A DNA stretch of 64,000 nucleotides from positions 2,529-66,528 of the forward strand of contig DDTM01000001.1 in assembly GCA_002344075.1 (NCBI GenBank), given 5' to 3'. This stretch comes from Bacteroidetes bacterium UBA2364. Lineage in GTDB: Bacteria > Bacteroidota > Rhodothermia > Rhodothermales > UBA2364. Below are positions 50,283 through 60,034 of this stretch, piece after piece. Each line of letters begins with the position of its first letter. The stretch's first letter is position 1. Below the pieces are notes generated by a model, which was given only the letters and a program-made list of their open reading frames with translations, searched no databases and was not told the origin of the DNA. Both the position numbers and the translations under genes were made by a program.

Positions 50283-50350
50283 TTGTCAGGCTTGGAATTT
50301 CCAGTTATTCTAATGCGTTTGATTCTTTAAACGTCCCACCTAAATACATA

Positions 50351-50386
50351 AAAAACCGAGTGAACCATGGTGTTTACTCGGTTTTT
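50351..50386. terminator. Bidirectional hairpin terminator, downstream of tRNA-Leu on the minus strand
   Basis: AAAAACCGAGTgaaccatggtgtttACTCGGTTTTT. Confidence 0.6.
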
Positions 50387-50392
50387 AAATTG

Positions 50393-50476
50393 TGCCCGAA
50401 GAGGGACTCGAACCCCCACGACATCGCTGCCAACGGATTTTGAGTCCGTCGCGTCTACCAATTCCGCCATTCGGGC
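50393..50476 (-). tRNA. tRNA-Leu (anticodon CAA), long variable arm, CCA not encoded
   Basis: Minus strand GCCCGAATGGCGGAATTGGTAGACGCGACGGACTCAAAATCCGTTGGCAGCGATGTCGTGGGGGTTCGAGTCCCTCTTCGGGCA. Acceptor stem GCCCGAA/TTCGGGC, anticodon stem ACGGA/TCCGT with loop CTCAAAA, and a GTTCGAGTC T-loop. Confidence 0.92.
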
Positions 50477-50559
50477 TTTGAATGGATTTATAATATACAG
50501 TTGTATTAGGCACATCGCAAGCCCATGCTCACAAAAAAGTATCGAAACGTTTTATTTAT

Positions 50560-51201
50560 TCACGTTTCCATTAGTTTAAACTTCCATGCCCATGCTACAG
50601 CTTCGGACCTATCTGAAACGCCAATTTTTTCATATATATTAGACAAGTGTTTACGAATGGTATGAACAGAGATACAAAGTGCATCCGCCATCGATTCCAT
50701 AGACAAGCCTTTCGCAGCGGCAATCAGAACATCGCGCTCACGACCCGTTAATAAATTTTCTGGCGTTGTATAACTGCTTCGAATTGGGCTTGCGAGATGC
50801 TCCGGACGAAACCATCCCTTACTGCCTGCCGCCACACCTCGTACTGCTTCAACAATGGTATCAAGGGATTCCCGTTTGCTTAGATAACCCGTTACCCCAA
50901 AAGCGAGCACCCGCTTTACATAATGCGGGCTTATGTAGGCGCTTAAGATCAGAATGCTGGTTTGGTATCGTAGCTGAGACAACTTTTCGAGCACTTCCAA
51001 GCCGTTGGCTTCCGGCATATCTAAATCCAGCAATAAAACATCTGGTTCATGCTCAAGCACTAGCTGGATGGTTTCTATACCATCTTTTGCCTCTGCTACC
51101 ACCTCGATGTCTTTTTCCTCGGCCATTCGGTTACGAATTCCATGCCGCATCAAAGGATGATCATCTGCTATCAAGAGGCGAACAGGCATGGCAGGGGGCA
51201 T
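50560..51201 (-). CDS. NarL/FixJ-family response regulator (REC + LuxR/GerE HTH); no cognate kinase adjacent
   Basis: LLIADDHPLM, LLLDLDMP, and the HTH LTGRERDVLIAAAKGLSMESMADALCISVHTIRKHLSNIYEKIGV. Confidence 0.9.
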   Translation of the reverse strand: MPPAMPVRLLIADDHPLMRHGIRNRMAEEKDIEVVAEAKDGIETIQLVLEHEPDVLLLDLDMPEANGLEVLEKLSQLRYQTSILILSAYISPHYVKRVLAFGVTGYLSKRESLDTIVEAVRGVAAGSKGWFRPEHLASPIRSSYTTPENLLTGRERDVLIAAAKGLSMESMADALCISVHTIRKHLSNIYEKIGVSDRSEAVAWAWKFKLMET

Positions 51202-51677
51202 TAATTTACCCGAAACGGGTACACTTGGTTGTTTAAGGCCAATTGGTAGACACCAGAAGCCAGCCGGTCGTTCAATTTAAGATAGAACTTATACGGACGA
51301 ACCGCCATGGTACACATGACTTGGGTTTTACGGCGCACAAGTAAATCCACACGAATGGTTGCGGAATCGCGTGCCTGCGCAACCTCATGGAGTTCGGTAC
51401 ATCCGTCTGCCAGATACCCTTTTACCAACACTTCTACGGCGGCACCTTGGTTACTGGCCTCCTCGGCCTGCACCTGAACCGTATCTACGGGTGCTGGTCC
51501 TACCCGATAAGCGGAGGCAGCATCCGGAGAAATCGGCTTGATAGTGACGATTTGGGAAGCCTCTTCCGCCATACGCTCCGAAGTAGGCTCTAATACCGAG
51601 GGTTGAAGTCCATTACAGGCGGCAATCAAGACCGCCATAAAGCCCACACCCAACCAACTGATGAAACGGAGAAACAT
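51201..51677 (-). CDS. Hypothetical lipoprotein, translationally coupled to the response regulator
   Basis: Lipobox LIAACNG. Its TAA stop overlaps the regulator ATG (TAATG). Confidence 0.5.
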   Translation of the reverse strand: MFLRFISWLGVGFMAVLIAACNGLQPSVLEPTSERMAEEASQIVTIKPISPDAASAYRVGPAPVDTVQVQAEEASNQGAAVEVLVKGYLADGCTELHEVAQARDSATIRVDLLVRRKTQVMCTMAVRPYKFYLKLNDRLASGVYQLALNNQVYPFRVN

Positions 51678-51806
51678 GACGCAAACGTGTTAAGGTTATA
51701 ATTTTAAGGAACCTAACAAATGGCGTATTAAAAAGGCACGGTGATCGGACGAACGGCTTTTTTTCCCTCCTGAACAGACAAAAAATATGGCTGTACGGAA
51801 GTGCTC

Positions 51807-52238
51807 TTAACTGAGCAGTGCAATATGCTTCGTACCATCCTGCACTTCTTCCTTAGGCGCATCCCCCCACAAGCGTTCTAATCCAAAATATGCCCGTTTT
51901 TCCTCATTAAACACATGTACGACCACATCAACGTAATCGAGCAATATCCACTCTTGCTGCTTGTATCCTTCGCTGCGCCAAGGTTTTTCATTCAGTACTT
52001 CCCGCACTTCTTCACGGATACCATCGGCAATAGCCTTGATCTGTCGCGGCGAATCGCCCGTACAAACTACAAAATAATCGGCAATACCACTTACCTCACG
52101 AATGTCCATGACCACGACATCGGTTGCTTTTTTTCCGAATGCCGCAAAAATCGCCTCTCGTGCAATATCTTTTGCAGGGGCTGCATTTTCCATTCTTTTC
52201 CGCTCCGGTTGCCCGGACAAATCATTTAATGTTTCCAT
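51807..52238 (-). CDS. rsfS: Ribosome silencing factor RsfS (iojap family)
   Basis: ADYFVVCTGDSPRQIKAIADGI...WILLDYVDVVVHVF..R.YF.LERLW. Confidence 0.9.
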   Translation of the reverse strand: METLNDLSGQPERKRMENAAPAKDIAREAIFAAFGKKATDVVVMDIREVSGIADYFVVCTGDSPRQIKAIADGIREEVREVLNEKPWRSEGYKQQEWILLDYVDVVVHVFNEEKRAYFGLERLWGDAPKEEVQDGTKHIALLS

Positions 52239-52313
52239 TCAGTTATAGTCAGTTCTTACTTCCTAAAAAATGATGTCTTTAATGAATTGTTCCCATTCCA
52301 CCTGTAGGGTCAC

Positions 52314-52787
52314 TTATTTCAGTTGGAAAGGTTTCAGGTTTCGGTAGTCGTCACCGAGCACTACCGTTACATCCAAGAAGGCATCTGGCATCACTTCTTG
52401 CCGGATACGATTAGCAGGAATGCCCAATAAATAGGCAATTCGTTCGGCGTGTTCCCTCACTCCAGACCGGTCTATGACCACTGTGTAGGCTTCGTCTTTT
52501 TTTTCAGCGTTTCCACTTTCGACCACATCAAAACCGTAGTTCCCCAGGTAAACCCGAACATTTGCGGCCACGTCTTTTACTTGGGTGGCATTCCGTATCT
52601 CCAATTGAATACGCTGTCCCATTAGATTTAGGGGATTGGTAACACGTTCAGGGCTGGTACTGGGAGTTATCAGCCGCGAAAGCAAGGCCCAGATTAGCAC
52701 GAGCATCAAAAGAATGGCCAATACTAGCCCGATATTTAATTTTTGGTCTCGCCAAAACGACTGTAAAGCGGAAGGTTCCATTCCCAA
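52314..52787 (-). CDS. LytR C-terminal (LytR_C) domain membrane-anchored protein
   Basis: A TM helix, then IQLEIRNATQVKDVAANVRVYLGNYGFDVVESGNAE...VVIDRSG, the LytR_C pattern. Confidence 0.7.
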   Translation of the reverse strand: MGMEPSALQSFWRDQKLNIGLVLAILLMLVLIWALLSRLITPSTSPERVTNPLNLMGQRIQLEIRNATQVKDVAANVRVYLGNYGFDVVESGNAEKKDEAYTVVIDRSGVREHAERIAYLLGIPANRIRQEVMPDAFLDVTVVLGDDYRNLKPFQLK

Positions 52788-52969
52788 GTCAAAAAAGTGG
52801 CTGGTTAAGTAATATTTCGAGTCAAGGCAACTTCGGACGAGCCTAGTGTCCGTGAACGCATTTTTTTGTCAGAAGATAGTTTATTTTGTGGGTTTATTGG
52901 CAAGTTTTAAAACAAAATAGGCGCAAGTTCCAGTTGTCCCTGCGCCCACATGGAGAATTACGGATGTAA

Positions 52970-53515
52970 TCACCAATTTCCGTCACCTAAAGAACCCGTT
53001 CCAAAGCGTAGTCCTCCCGCACGATTTCCAAAGAAGGGGGGGTGTCCAAAGCGTGAGGCATCTTCATAACCATATCCATAAGGCGCATACGGGGTTTGCT
53101 GAAACGAGAGGTTCAGCATTACATTTTTGGCAGGGCGGTACGAAAGTGAAGCATTCCGTATAAAAACCTTAACATTATCTTGTCCCATTAATTGCTGGGT
53201 GAGTGTAGTTTTGCCAAAAGGCGCGTGCAAGGCACTTACATCCACATGTGCATCTAATTTTTGCCCCAAATTCCAATTCATACTGGCGGTGTATATACCG
53301 GTTGTTAGTCCCAAGCCACCATAGGACCCAGTGCTAAGTTCATAGCTATGAGAAAGCTGAAACTTATCCGGCGCAAAAACTTTAGACAAAAGACCCTGAG
53401 AATTAAAAACAGAACTGGCGGGACGTAACTTGGCGGTATCTTTGCGTAGTTGCGCCTGCGCAGCACCTACAGAGATACCCCAAGAAACCAGTAGCAACAG
53501 AATTATTTTACGCAT
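52970..53515 (-). CDS. Hypothetical outer-membrane beta-barrel-like protein
   Basis: Signal peptide MRKIILLLLVSWGISVGAAQAQ, alternating hydrophobic beta-strand pattern, and a C-terminal aromatic residue (..GNW). Confidence 0.5.
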   Translation of the reverse strand: MRKIILLLLVSWGISVGAAQAQLRKDTAKLRPASSVFNSQGLLSKVFAPDKFQLSHSYELSTGSYGGLGLTTGIYTASMNWNLGQKLDAHVDVSALHAPFGKTTLTQQLMGQDNVKVFIRNASLSYRPAKNVMLNLSFQQTPYAPYGYGYEDASRFGHPPFFGNRAGGLRFGTGSLGDGNW

Positions 53516-53603
53516 AGCCAAAAGGTTTGGATGAATATGAACCGGATTGATATAGGGCATAATATTAAGCCTTAATCGCCGAAACAGCAAATGGTTCCCG
53601 AAT

Positions 53604-54629
53604 TTACCGATTGTTGGTGCGGGCTGTTGGCTTCATACTGTTCTGGTTTTGAGCATTAGAAGGCTTGCTTTTGGAGTTAGTGGTTGTGTTTCCGGAGGAT
53701 GTACGAGTACTTTTTGAGGTTTGTGGCTTTTTTCGTTCATTCGTCTGTGTTTTGGTAGAGGAAGTGCCTCTTGGCCTCGCCCTATTGGTATTTCGCGGGG
53801 TAGCTTTCGTATTAATTTTGAGATCATTTGTCAATTGTGTCATCCGCTCTGCCCAGAGGCTGAGGTCGAAGCGCTGGGGGGCATCGTGGGCTTCACTCAA
53901 ACCTGCATCCACAGACGCACGAAAAGCAGGGACCAGCCAATAGCCCTTACGCACACTTGCAGCAATATAGACCAGCGCCAAGCGATCATATTGCGCCAAG
54001 GTAAACCCTTCTTCTGGTGCAAGGGCATCCAGACCTGTTTCATCGCGCATCCGAGGCTGTATCAAAGAGACACTCAAGAAAAGCCCCACACGATCTTCCT
54101 TTTCCTTCTCATATTGAGTCGTGGCTAATGGGGTATCAAAAGTTGCTTTTGTGGCCGATGCCCCTATACGGTTGATGATCACATGTGCGAGTACCGGATA
54201 GAATCCAAAATCATTATAGGACCACCCGCTTTCATTCATATCCGCAGGAAAAGAGCTGTCTTTTTCCAACGTAGGGGTACCCGTATCATGGATAACAAAG
54301 TAGCGTGCCGGGATTTTTCGGTCATTTTGTGAAATTTTTGCAAAGACAGATCCGCCCAGGTCTGCTTCATCAATTTGATGCTTGGCGAGATACGCCCGTA
54401 ATTCACGCGCAGTAAGCCCAACCCGTTTTCCGATAATGTTTTCCAGTGGGTCAGGCAAGGTAATGCGAGTAGGTCCGAGCAAGCCATATTTACCCACAGG
54501 GCGCAAAAGGCATCGGGCTTGTTCCGTAGGTGTTCCCGACTTACATGGAACGTTTGGAGATGGCTGCTGTGCAAAGGCCCATAACGGCAAGAATAGGGCC
54601 AGCAGCACCGTATGGTGGTAGGTTTTCAT
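53604..54629 (-). CDS. Secreted Amidase_2 (AmpD/PGRP)-like protein with a long basic T/N/K/R-rich tail
   Basis: Signal peptide; YFVIHDTGTP, AHVIINRIG and ...FTLAQYDRLALVYIA...PQRFD resemble the N-acetylmuramoyl-L-alanine amidase fold pattern. The last ~80 aa are low-complexity. Confidence 0.4.
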   Translation of the reverse strand: MKTYHHTVLLALFLPLWAFAQQPSPNVPCKSGTPTEQARCLLRPVGKYGLLGPTRITLPDPLENIIGKRVGLTARELRAYLAKHQIDEADLGGSVFAKISQNDRKIPARYFVIHDTGTPTLEKDSSFPADMNESGWSYNDFGFYPVLAHVIINRIGASATKATFDTPLATTQYEKEKEDRVGLFLSVSLIQPRMRDETGLDALAPEEGFTLAQYDRLALVYIAASVRKGYWLVPAFRASVDAGLSEAHDAPQRFDLSLWAERMTQLTNDLKINTKATPRNTNRARPRGTSSTKTQTNERKKPQTSKSTRTSSGNTTTNSKSKPSNAQNQNSMKPTARTNNR

Positions 54630-54872
54630 GGTGGTGCAGGTTTAAGAAGAATAAGAAAAAATGAATTTGTATAATAATAAAATACATTCTTCCCCTCCAT
54701 AAACCGCCCTGTTTTTATTAAAGAGATGGTAAGAATATTGTATGAGCAAAACCTTTTCATTTAGCATTTATAGGATACTTCATGACATGTTCAGAAACAA
54801 CAAGAGAAGCGGATACGTTTAGCAGGGCATCTCATGCCAAATACACCGGCCCTATTATCAACCCCTTCTTGT

Positions 54873-57155
54873 ATGTTACTACATCGTTTCTTGGGTTTTG
54901 TTATCCTGCTATTGCTTTGTTCCCTTGTCCCAACGTATGCCCAAAATGCTTCTCTAAGCGGATATGTGCGAGACGCCTCATCCGACGAAACATTGATTCA
55001 AGCCACCGTACTGATTCAGGGCACAACAACTGGTACGGTCACCAACACCAGCGGATACTACACCCTGAACCGCCTCAAAGCAGGTAACTATACCATTTCC
55101 TGCTCCTATATTGGCTATAAAACCAACCGTCTTTCTGTGACCTTATCCGAAGGGCAAGCGCTTATTTTAGACATTCGTTTGGAGCCGGAAGATACCTCGG
55201 TGGAAGTAACCGTGACCTCGGATCGGGAAGAGGTCGAACAACGCAATGTAGGGGTTACCCAAATGTCGGTCTCTACAATCACCCGTTTGCCATCGGTTTT
55301 GCAAGCAGATGTTTTCCGGTCTTTGCAATTGTTACCGGGGATCAAAAGTTCTTCGGATTTTTCCAGCGGTTTATATATCCGAGGCGGCAGTCCCGACCAA
55401 ACCTTGATTATGTTAGACCGAACAACGGTCTATAACCCCACCCATATCTTCGGGTTTTTCTCCACATTCAACCCCGATGCCATTAAGGATGTGAAGCTCT
55501 ACAAAGGCGGCTATCCCGCAGAGTATGGTGGACGTCTCGGCTCGGTGGTGGATATCTACAATAAGGAGGGAAACCGCAAACAAGTACATGGCGTCGCGAG
55601 TCTGGGCTTGTTATCCTCCCGCATTGCAGTCGAGGGGCCACTTCAACAGGAGAAGAGCAGTTGGATGCTGGCTGCACGGCGTTCTACGACCGAGCCTGTT
55701 TTGGCCGTCTTGCGTAATATGAAAGACGAAGACGGCAATCCACGGTTTCAAGGCATTCCAGACAACTTTTATTTCTACGATTTTAATGGAAAGTTCACCT
55801 ATGACTTTACGCCTAAAGACAAAGTGAGTTTGGGTTTTTATGCCGGACAAGATAATGTAAGCATTCCGGTTGGCGAGCAAACAGCATTTAAGGTGCGGTA
55901 TGGGAACGTAACAGGAAATACAAATTGGACGCATATCTTCTCGCCACAACTTTTTTCCAACTTTACGTTTACCGGATCCCGCTACTTTAGCAGTCCGAGT
56001 GGAAAAATTGCCTCCACCGAATTTAAACGCCGGAATGAGGTAACAGAATGGTCTTCCAAAGGGGATTTTGAATACATTCCTGATCCAGCACATCAGGTGC
56101 AAATCGGGTTTTGGGCCGGACGTATGACCATTTTCCTGCAAGACTCTTTTAATGAAATCACAAACGAAGTACTCGACATCCAAACGCCTTATGTATCGGG
56201 CTATGCACAAGAAACATGGCGACCCAATATCCAATGGTCTTTAAAAGCCGGGCTGCGGGCGAACTATTTTGGCGATGGAAATTATTTACGTCTCGAACCA
56301 CGCCTTTCTGCCGATTTTACGTATAGCGAGTGGCTCCGCATTCAGGCGGCATATGGCCGCTATTATCAATTCTTATCGCTCATCACCAACGAGGCTTTCT
56401 CTGGGTTTGATGTTTGGGTGACCGCAGACGAAGGCGTTAAGCCCGCATGGGGTGACCAGTTTTTGTTGGGGGTCAAAACAAAACCTTTCAAAGGATGGAA
56501 TTTGGATGTGGAAGGGTATTATCGCAATATGAATGACCTCTTTGACTTAGACCCCTTCTTGAATGATACCGCCGGATTGCCCTATAACAAGCTCTTCCGA
56601 TTTGGGCAAGGGTATGCCTGGGGAACGGAATTCTTCTTGGAAAAATATGCAGGCCAGCTGAATGGCTTTGTAGGCTATACTTTTGGACGTACTTGGCGAA
56701 AATTCCCCAATATCAACAATGGCGCATATTACCCACCCAAGTACGACAGAACACATGACTTAAATGTGACTGCCAACTACGACTTGTCTTCTAAATGGAC
56801 CGCAACGGCAGTTTTTTCTTATGCCACTGGTCAGGCCTATACCGAACCATTGGGACGAACCTATATCAACAGCCCATTTGGGGAAGGTTTTGCCAATATC
56901 GGAGGAGATGTTTTGACGATAGGAAAACTAAATGCAAGCCGTTTGCCAGCCTATCACCGCCTCGATGTGGGTTTTACTCGTAAAGGCAACGTAGGAAGTT
57001 GGGGAAAATCGGAGTTACAGCTACAATTGATCAATGCATATTCACACCGCAACATCTGGTTTTATCAATATGACTTCGATGTGAATCCAGTCAAGCGCAT
57101 AGACACCCTCCAACTACCAATCCTTCCTAACATTGCCTATACCATCCGGTTCTAA
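54873..57155 (+). CDS. TonB-dependent receptor (CarboxypepD_reg + plug + beta-barrel)
   Basis: Signal peptide ...LVPTYAQN, SLSGYVRDASSDETLIQATVLI...GYYTLNRLKAGNYTISCSYIGYK, the plug (LQLLPGI, IRGGSPDQ), and a C-terminal ...AYTIRF. The track start at 54834 is also possible. Confidence 0.85.
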   Translation: MLLHRFLGFVILLLLCSLVPTYAQNASLSGYVRDASSDETLIQATVLIQGTTTGTVTNTSGYYTLNRLKAGNYTISCSYIGYKTNRLSVTLSEGQALILDIRLEPEDTSVEVTVTSDREEVEQRNVGVTQMSVSTITRLPSVLQADVFRSLQLLPGIKSSSDFSSGLYIRGGSPDQTLIMLDRTTVYNPTHIFGFFSTFNPDAIKDVKLYKGGYPAEYGGRLGSVVDIYNKEGNRKQVHGVASLGLLSSRIAVEGPLQQEKSSWMLAARRSTTEPVLAVLRNMKDEDGNPRFQGIPDNFYFYDFNGKFTYDFTPKDKVSLGFYAGQDNVSIPVGEQTAFKVRYGNVTGNTNWTHIFSPQLFSNFTFTGSRYFSSPSGKIASTEFKRRNEVTEWSSKGDFEYIPDPAHQVQIGFWAGRMTIFLQDSFNEITNEVLDIQTPYVSGYAQETWRPNIQWSLKAGLRANYFGDGNYLRLEPRLSADFTYSEWLRIQAAYGRYYQFLSLITNEAFSGFDVWVTADEGVKPAWGDQFLLGVKTKPFKGWNLDVEGYYRNMNDLFDLDPFLNDTAGLPYNKLFRFGQGYAWGTEFFLEKYAGQLNGFVGYTFGRTWRKFPNINNGAYYPPKYDRTHDLNVTANYDLSSKWTATAVFSYATGQAYTEPLGRTYINSPFGEGFANIGGDVLTIGKLNASRLPAYHRLDVGFTRKGNVGSWGKSELQLQLINAYSHRNIWFYQYDFDVNPVKRIDTLQLPILPNIAYTIRF

Positions 57156-57168
57156 ATCATTATTCCCT

Positions 57169-58068
57169 ATGAAGACCTTTTTCCGTCAAGTGAAAACCAT
57201 GTCTCTCTTCCTGCTCATCGGTTTGTTGGGCGGATGCGACACCTACCAACAAGACTCCTATAAAAAACAATATGTGGTACAAGGGTACCTCATCGCACTT
57301 GAGCCACTTAGCCCTATCTCGGTCTCGACTACTGTACCGCTTAACGAAATATATAGCTTAGAAGCGACAGCGGTAAAAAACGCAAAAGTAGAGGTACAAC
57401 TATTAAATGCACAAGGCCAACCGGAAAAAACGTTTGATTATGTGGCCGATCCGGACTCGGTGAGTATGTTCAAGCCTCTAGATACCACAGCCTTGGTAAT
57501 GCCCAGCCGCACCTATGCACTACGGATCACCTTTCCCGATAAACCAGATGTGATTACTGCAAAAACCGTGATTCCCGACACCATGCGCGTAATTCGGACC
57601 AATGGGGATACGTTCAGATATCAGCAGCAGCCTCAGTTTGAACAGTTGATTAGCCCTAGTTTAAACCCAAGTCGTCAGTCTTATTTTATCTTCTCGGTAG
57701 AAGGCCTGACCCCTTCTACGACCAATTTGGTCCCTTTCTGGGATCCGGAGAATGGTTTTGGTGGAGACCGCAAGCCCCCCAAGGTGTATGCTTCGCCCAT
57801 TCTGAATGAAGCCAACTACCGCACGTCCGAAGGAAATCTATTAGTACAATTGCCTTGGTTGACGGTGGTGTATTTTGGTAAAAACCGGGTCACCACTACC
57901 GTATTAGATGATGCGACCTACAACTTCTTCCGCACCCAATCGGTTCAATTAGGTGGTTCCACCCTCTCGCCCGGCGAAATTCCGAATGCCGTCACCAATA
58001 TTGTGGGCGGAACAGGTGTCTTTGGCAGTTTGGCACGAGCCACTTCGCTGATGACGGTCACACGATAA
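57169..58068 (+). CDS. DUF4249-family lipoprotein, the usual partner of this receptor class
   Basis: Lipobox LLGGCD, a C-terminal NIVGGTGVFGSLA motif, and a position immediately after the receptor gene. Confidence 0.7.
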   Translation: MKTFFRQVKTMSLFLLIGLLGGCDTYQQDSYKKQYVVQGYLIALEPLSPISVSTTVPLNEIYSLEATAVKNAKVEVQLLNAQGQPEKTFDYVADPDSVSMFKPLDTTALVMPSRTYALRITFPDKPDVITAKTVIPDTMRVIRTNGDTFRYQQQPQFEQLISPSLNPSRQSYFIFSVEGLTPSTTNLVPFWDPENGFGGDRKPPKVYASPILNEANYRTSEGNLLVQLPWLTVVYFGKNRVTTTVLDDATYNFFRTQSVQLGGSTLSPGEIPNAVTNIVGGTGVFGSLARATSLMTVTR

Positions 58069-58786
58069 CAGGTTTTTGTGCGAATCGAATAGAAGTACCG
58101 GGAATGGTGTAGATACGCGCCGTTCCCTTGTTTTTTGCCTGAAACTTGATACCCCACCCATGAAGCAAGTCGTCCACTTCGCGCCAATCGAAACCAAAAT
58201 GAGTACTCCATGCCGTTCTCTGGTCTCGAAAAACCGCCACTGACTTTCGAGACAACAACCGGCGCAAGTATATACCCCAAGAAACAGACGGCAATTCGTC
58301 TAACGAATCGCGATAAATCAATGTTTTTAAAAGGAATTTTACCAAACCGATCATCCCAATTTCAATAGGGAGAGACAGAAGAGCCACACCGCTTGGAGCC
58401 ACATGAACGAGCACATTGCGAAGCGCATTTTCCAGATTGCCCGTGTGTTCCAAAGTTTCGAGACAACAGACCAACGAAGCCTGTCTTATTGGGGGTGATG
58501 GCGCAGTGTTTAGGTCAAAAAAAGAAATGTGAGCATCGGGCAAATAGGCCTGTGCATCCCGTAAATGGGCCTGTATGACATCAAAACCATATACACGCTT
58601 CACCCCGCTCCATTCTTGCAGCAGTGCTGTCAGATAGCCATTCGAGCAACCAAAATCCGCCAAAGTCTCCAATATATAATCCTTCCGCAGGCTTAATACC
58701 TCGTTCCGGAGCGTCCTTAATCGGCTACGATGACCCAAATTTCGAAAGCGAAAGGTACGGTACGTCAGCGAATGATCAACAGCCAT
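58058..58786 (-). CDS. Class I SAM-dependent methyltransferase
   Basis: Motif I LADFGCSNGYLT, motif post-I YGFDV, and CLETLEH. It follows the histidine kinase by 18 nt. Confidence 0.75.
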   Translation of the reverse strand: MAVDHSLTYRTFRFRNLGHRSRLRTLRNEVLSLRKDYILETLADFGCSNGYLTALLQEWSGVKRVYGFDVIQAHLRDAQAYLPDAHISFFDLNTAPSPPIRQASLVCCLETLEHTGNLENALRNVLVHVAPSGVALLSLPIEIGMIGLVKFLLKTLIYRDSLDELPSVSWGIYLRRLLSRKSVAVFRDQRTAWSTHFGFDWREVDDLLHGWGIKFQAKNKGTARIYTIPGTSIRFAQKPVIV

Positions 58787-58804
58787 TTTGTTTCGGCAGC
58801 AGGT

Positions 58805-59956
58805 TCAAAACAAAGCAGGACGCGGTAACTCGAACCAGAATACCGAGCCGCCACCCTCACGCGGCAGATACCCGATCTTCCCACCCCAATGTTCTACGGT
58901 TATCTTGCAGAAATATAGCCCTAGGCCCAACTTTCCACGACGCTCTTTGCCTTGCTGGAATTTTTGAAAGACAACCTCCACAAGATCCTGACGAATACCC
59001 GGCCCTTCATCTTCTATTTGAACACGAATATTTTTTCCCACATCCGTCATCCGTACCAGAACAGTTCCGCCTTCACTACTATGCCACAAGGCATTTCCGA
59101 TCAGGTTAAACATTACTCGTTCCAACCGCAACTTATCTGCATTCACTTTCCAATTGCCCCCCTGATCTGTTTTTGGATCCAACAGCAAATTTACTTTGTT
59201 CAGCAAGGCTGTGGACAAAACCGACTTAATCACATCCATCGTGGTGATCAACATGTCTGGAGCTTCGTTGGGCGTTGGTGCAGCAAAATCTCCAGAATCC
59301 AACTCAGCAGAAAAGGAGTCTAGGATCTCTAGCACCAACTTATCAAGACGTGCCGCTTGCCTCTGACATATTTCAATAAACTCGCGGCCATTTGCGCTTA
59401 GCGTTTCTTTCCCCAATAAATCCAGATAGCCTTTTAGGCCGGCGAGTGGTCCGGACATATCATGAACGATGGTATGTAATAAGACGTCCTTCTGCTCCAT
59501 TTCATCACGTACCTTACGATATTCAAGCGTGTGTTCGCGTGCTTTCTGGAGCAAAGTTTGGCGTTCGGCAAACGTACTCCCCATAGACCGCAACAGCAGG
59601 ATGCGTCGGTTCTGTACAAACAAAGCCGTTGCTTCTATAAAATAGTCATCGTCCTGACCATCCGTTTCTTCCCAAACACCTGATTGCAGTTGCTGGTGGG
59701 TATGGGTTTGCCACAGCCGCTCCGCGTCAATCAGGAAGTTGTCCAGAACCGGAGAAAGTTGTCCGAGTTGGTGATTCTGCAAATATTGCTCGAAATTGGG
59801 GTACAACCGAGGAAACCATTCAGGGACCTCGCCTACAACCACAAAATTTCCCAACTTTCTTCGTTCAAAAACCATTGTATCCATCGCCTTCAGCAAGGCT
59901 GGTAGCAAGGCTTGGTCTATAGGGGGTGCTTTATGAGCAGTTATTTCTTGTTTCAT
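58805..59956 (-). CDS. Soluble sensor histidine kinase (N-terminal sensor-like domain + HisKA + HATPase_c); no response regulator adjacent
   Basis: H-box LLHTIVHDMSGPLAGLKGYLDLL, N-box FNLIGNALWHS, G1 EDEGPGI, and G2 GLGLYFCK. No TM helix. The track start at 60010 is possible. Confidence 0.85.
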   Translation of the reverse strand: MKQEITAHKAPPIDQALLPALLKAMDTMVFERRKLGNFVVVGEVPEWFPRLYPNFEQYLQNHQLGQLSPVLDNFLIDAERLWQTHTHQQLQSGVWEETDGQDDDYFIEATALFVQNRRILLLRSMGSTFAERQTLLQKAREHTLEYRKVRDEMEQKDVLLHTIVHDMSGPLAGLKGYLDLLGKETLSANGREFIEICQRQAARLDKLVLEILDSFSAELDSGDFAAPTPNEAPDMLITTMDVIKSVLSTALLNKVNLLLDPKTDQGGNWKVNADKLRLERVMFNLIGNALWHSSEGGTVLVRMTDVGKNIRVQIEDEGPGIRQDLVEVVFQKFQQGKERRGKLGLGLYFCKITVEHWGGKIGYLPREGGGSVFWFELPRPALF

Positions 59957-60034
59957 GGCGGATCGTGATTTGAAACTGGTTGCGTGAAGGGGCACGTAAC
60001 ATGATAGCACTGAAAAATAAGTCCAGAAGAGGAG

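Noticed and set aside
50393-50476. tRNA-Leu as a possible genomic-island integration site.
   Set aside because: No integrase, direct repeat of the tRNA 3' end, or foreign-looking genes lie on either side. The neighbours are rlpA and a response regulator.
55611-56234. A 207-aa minus-strand ORF inside the TonB-dependent receptor gene.
   Set aside because: It is antisense to a well-supported receptor gene and has no motifs.
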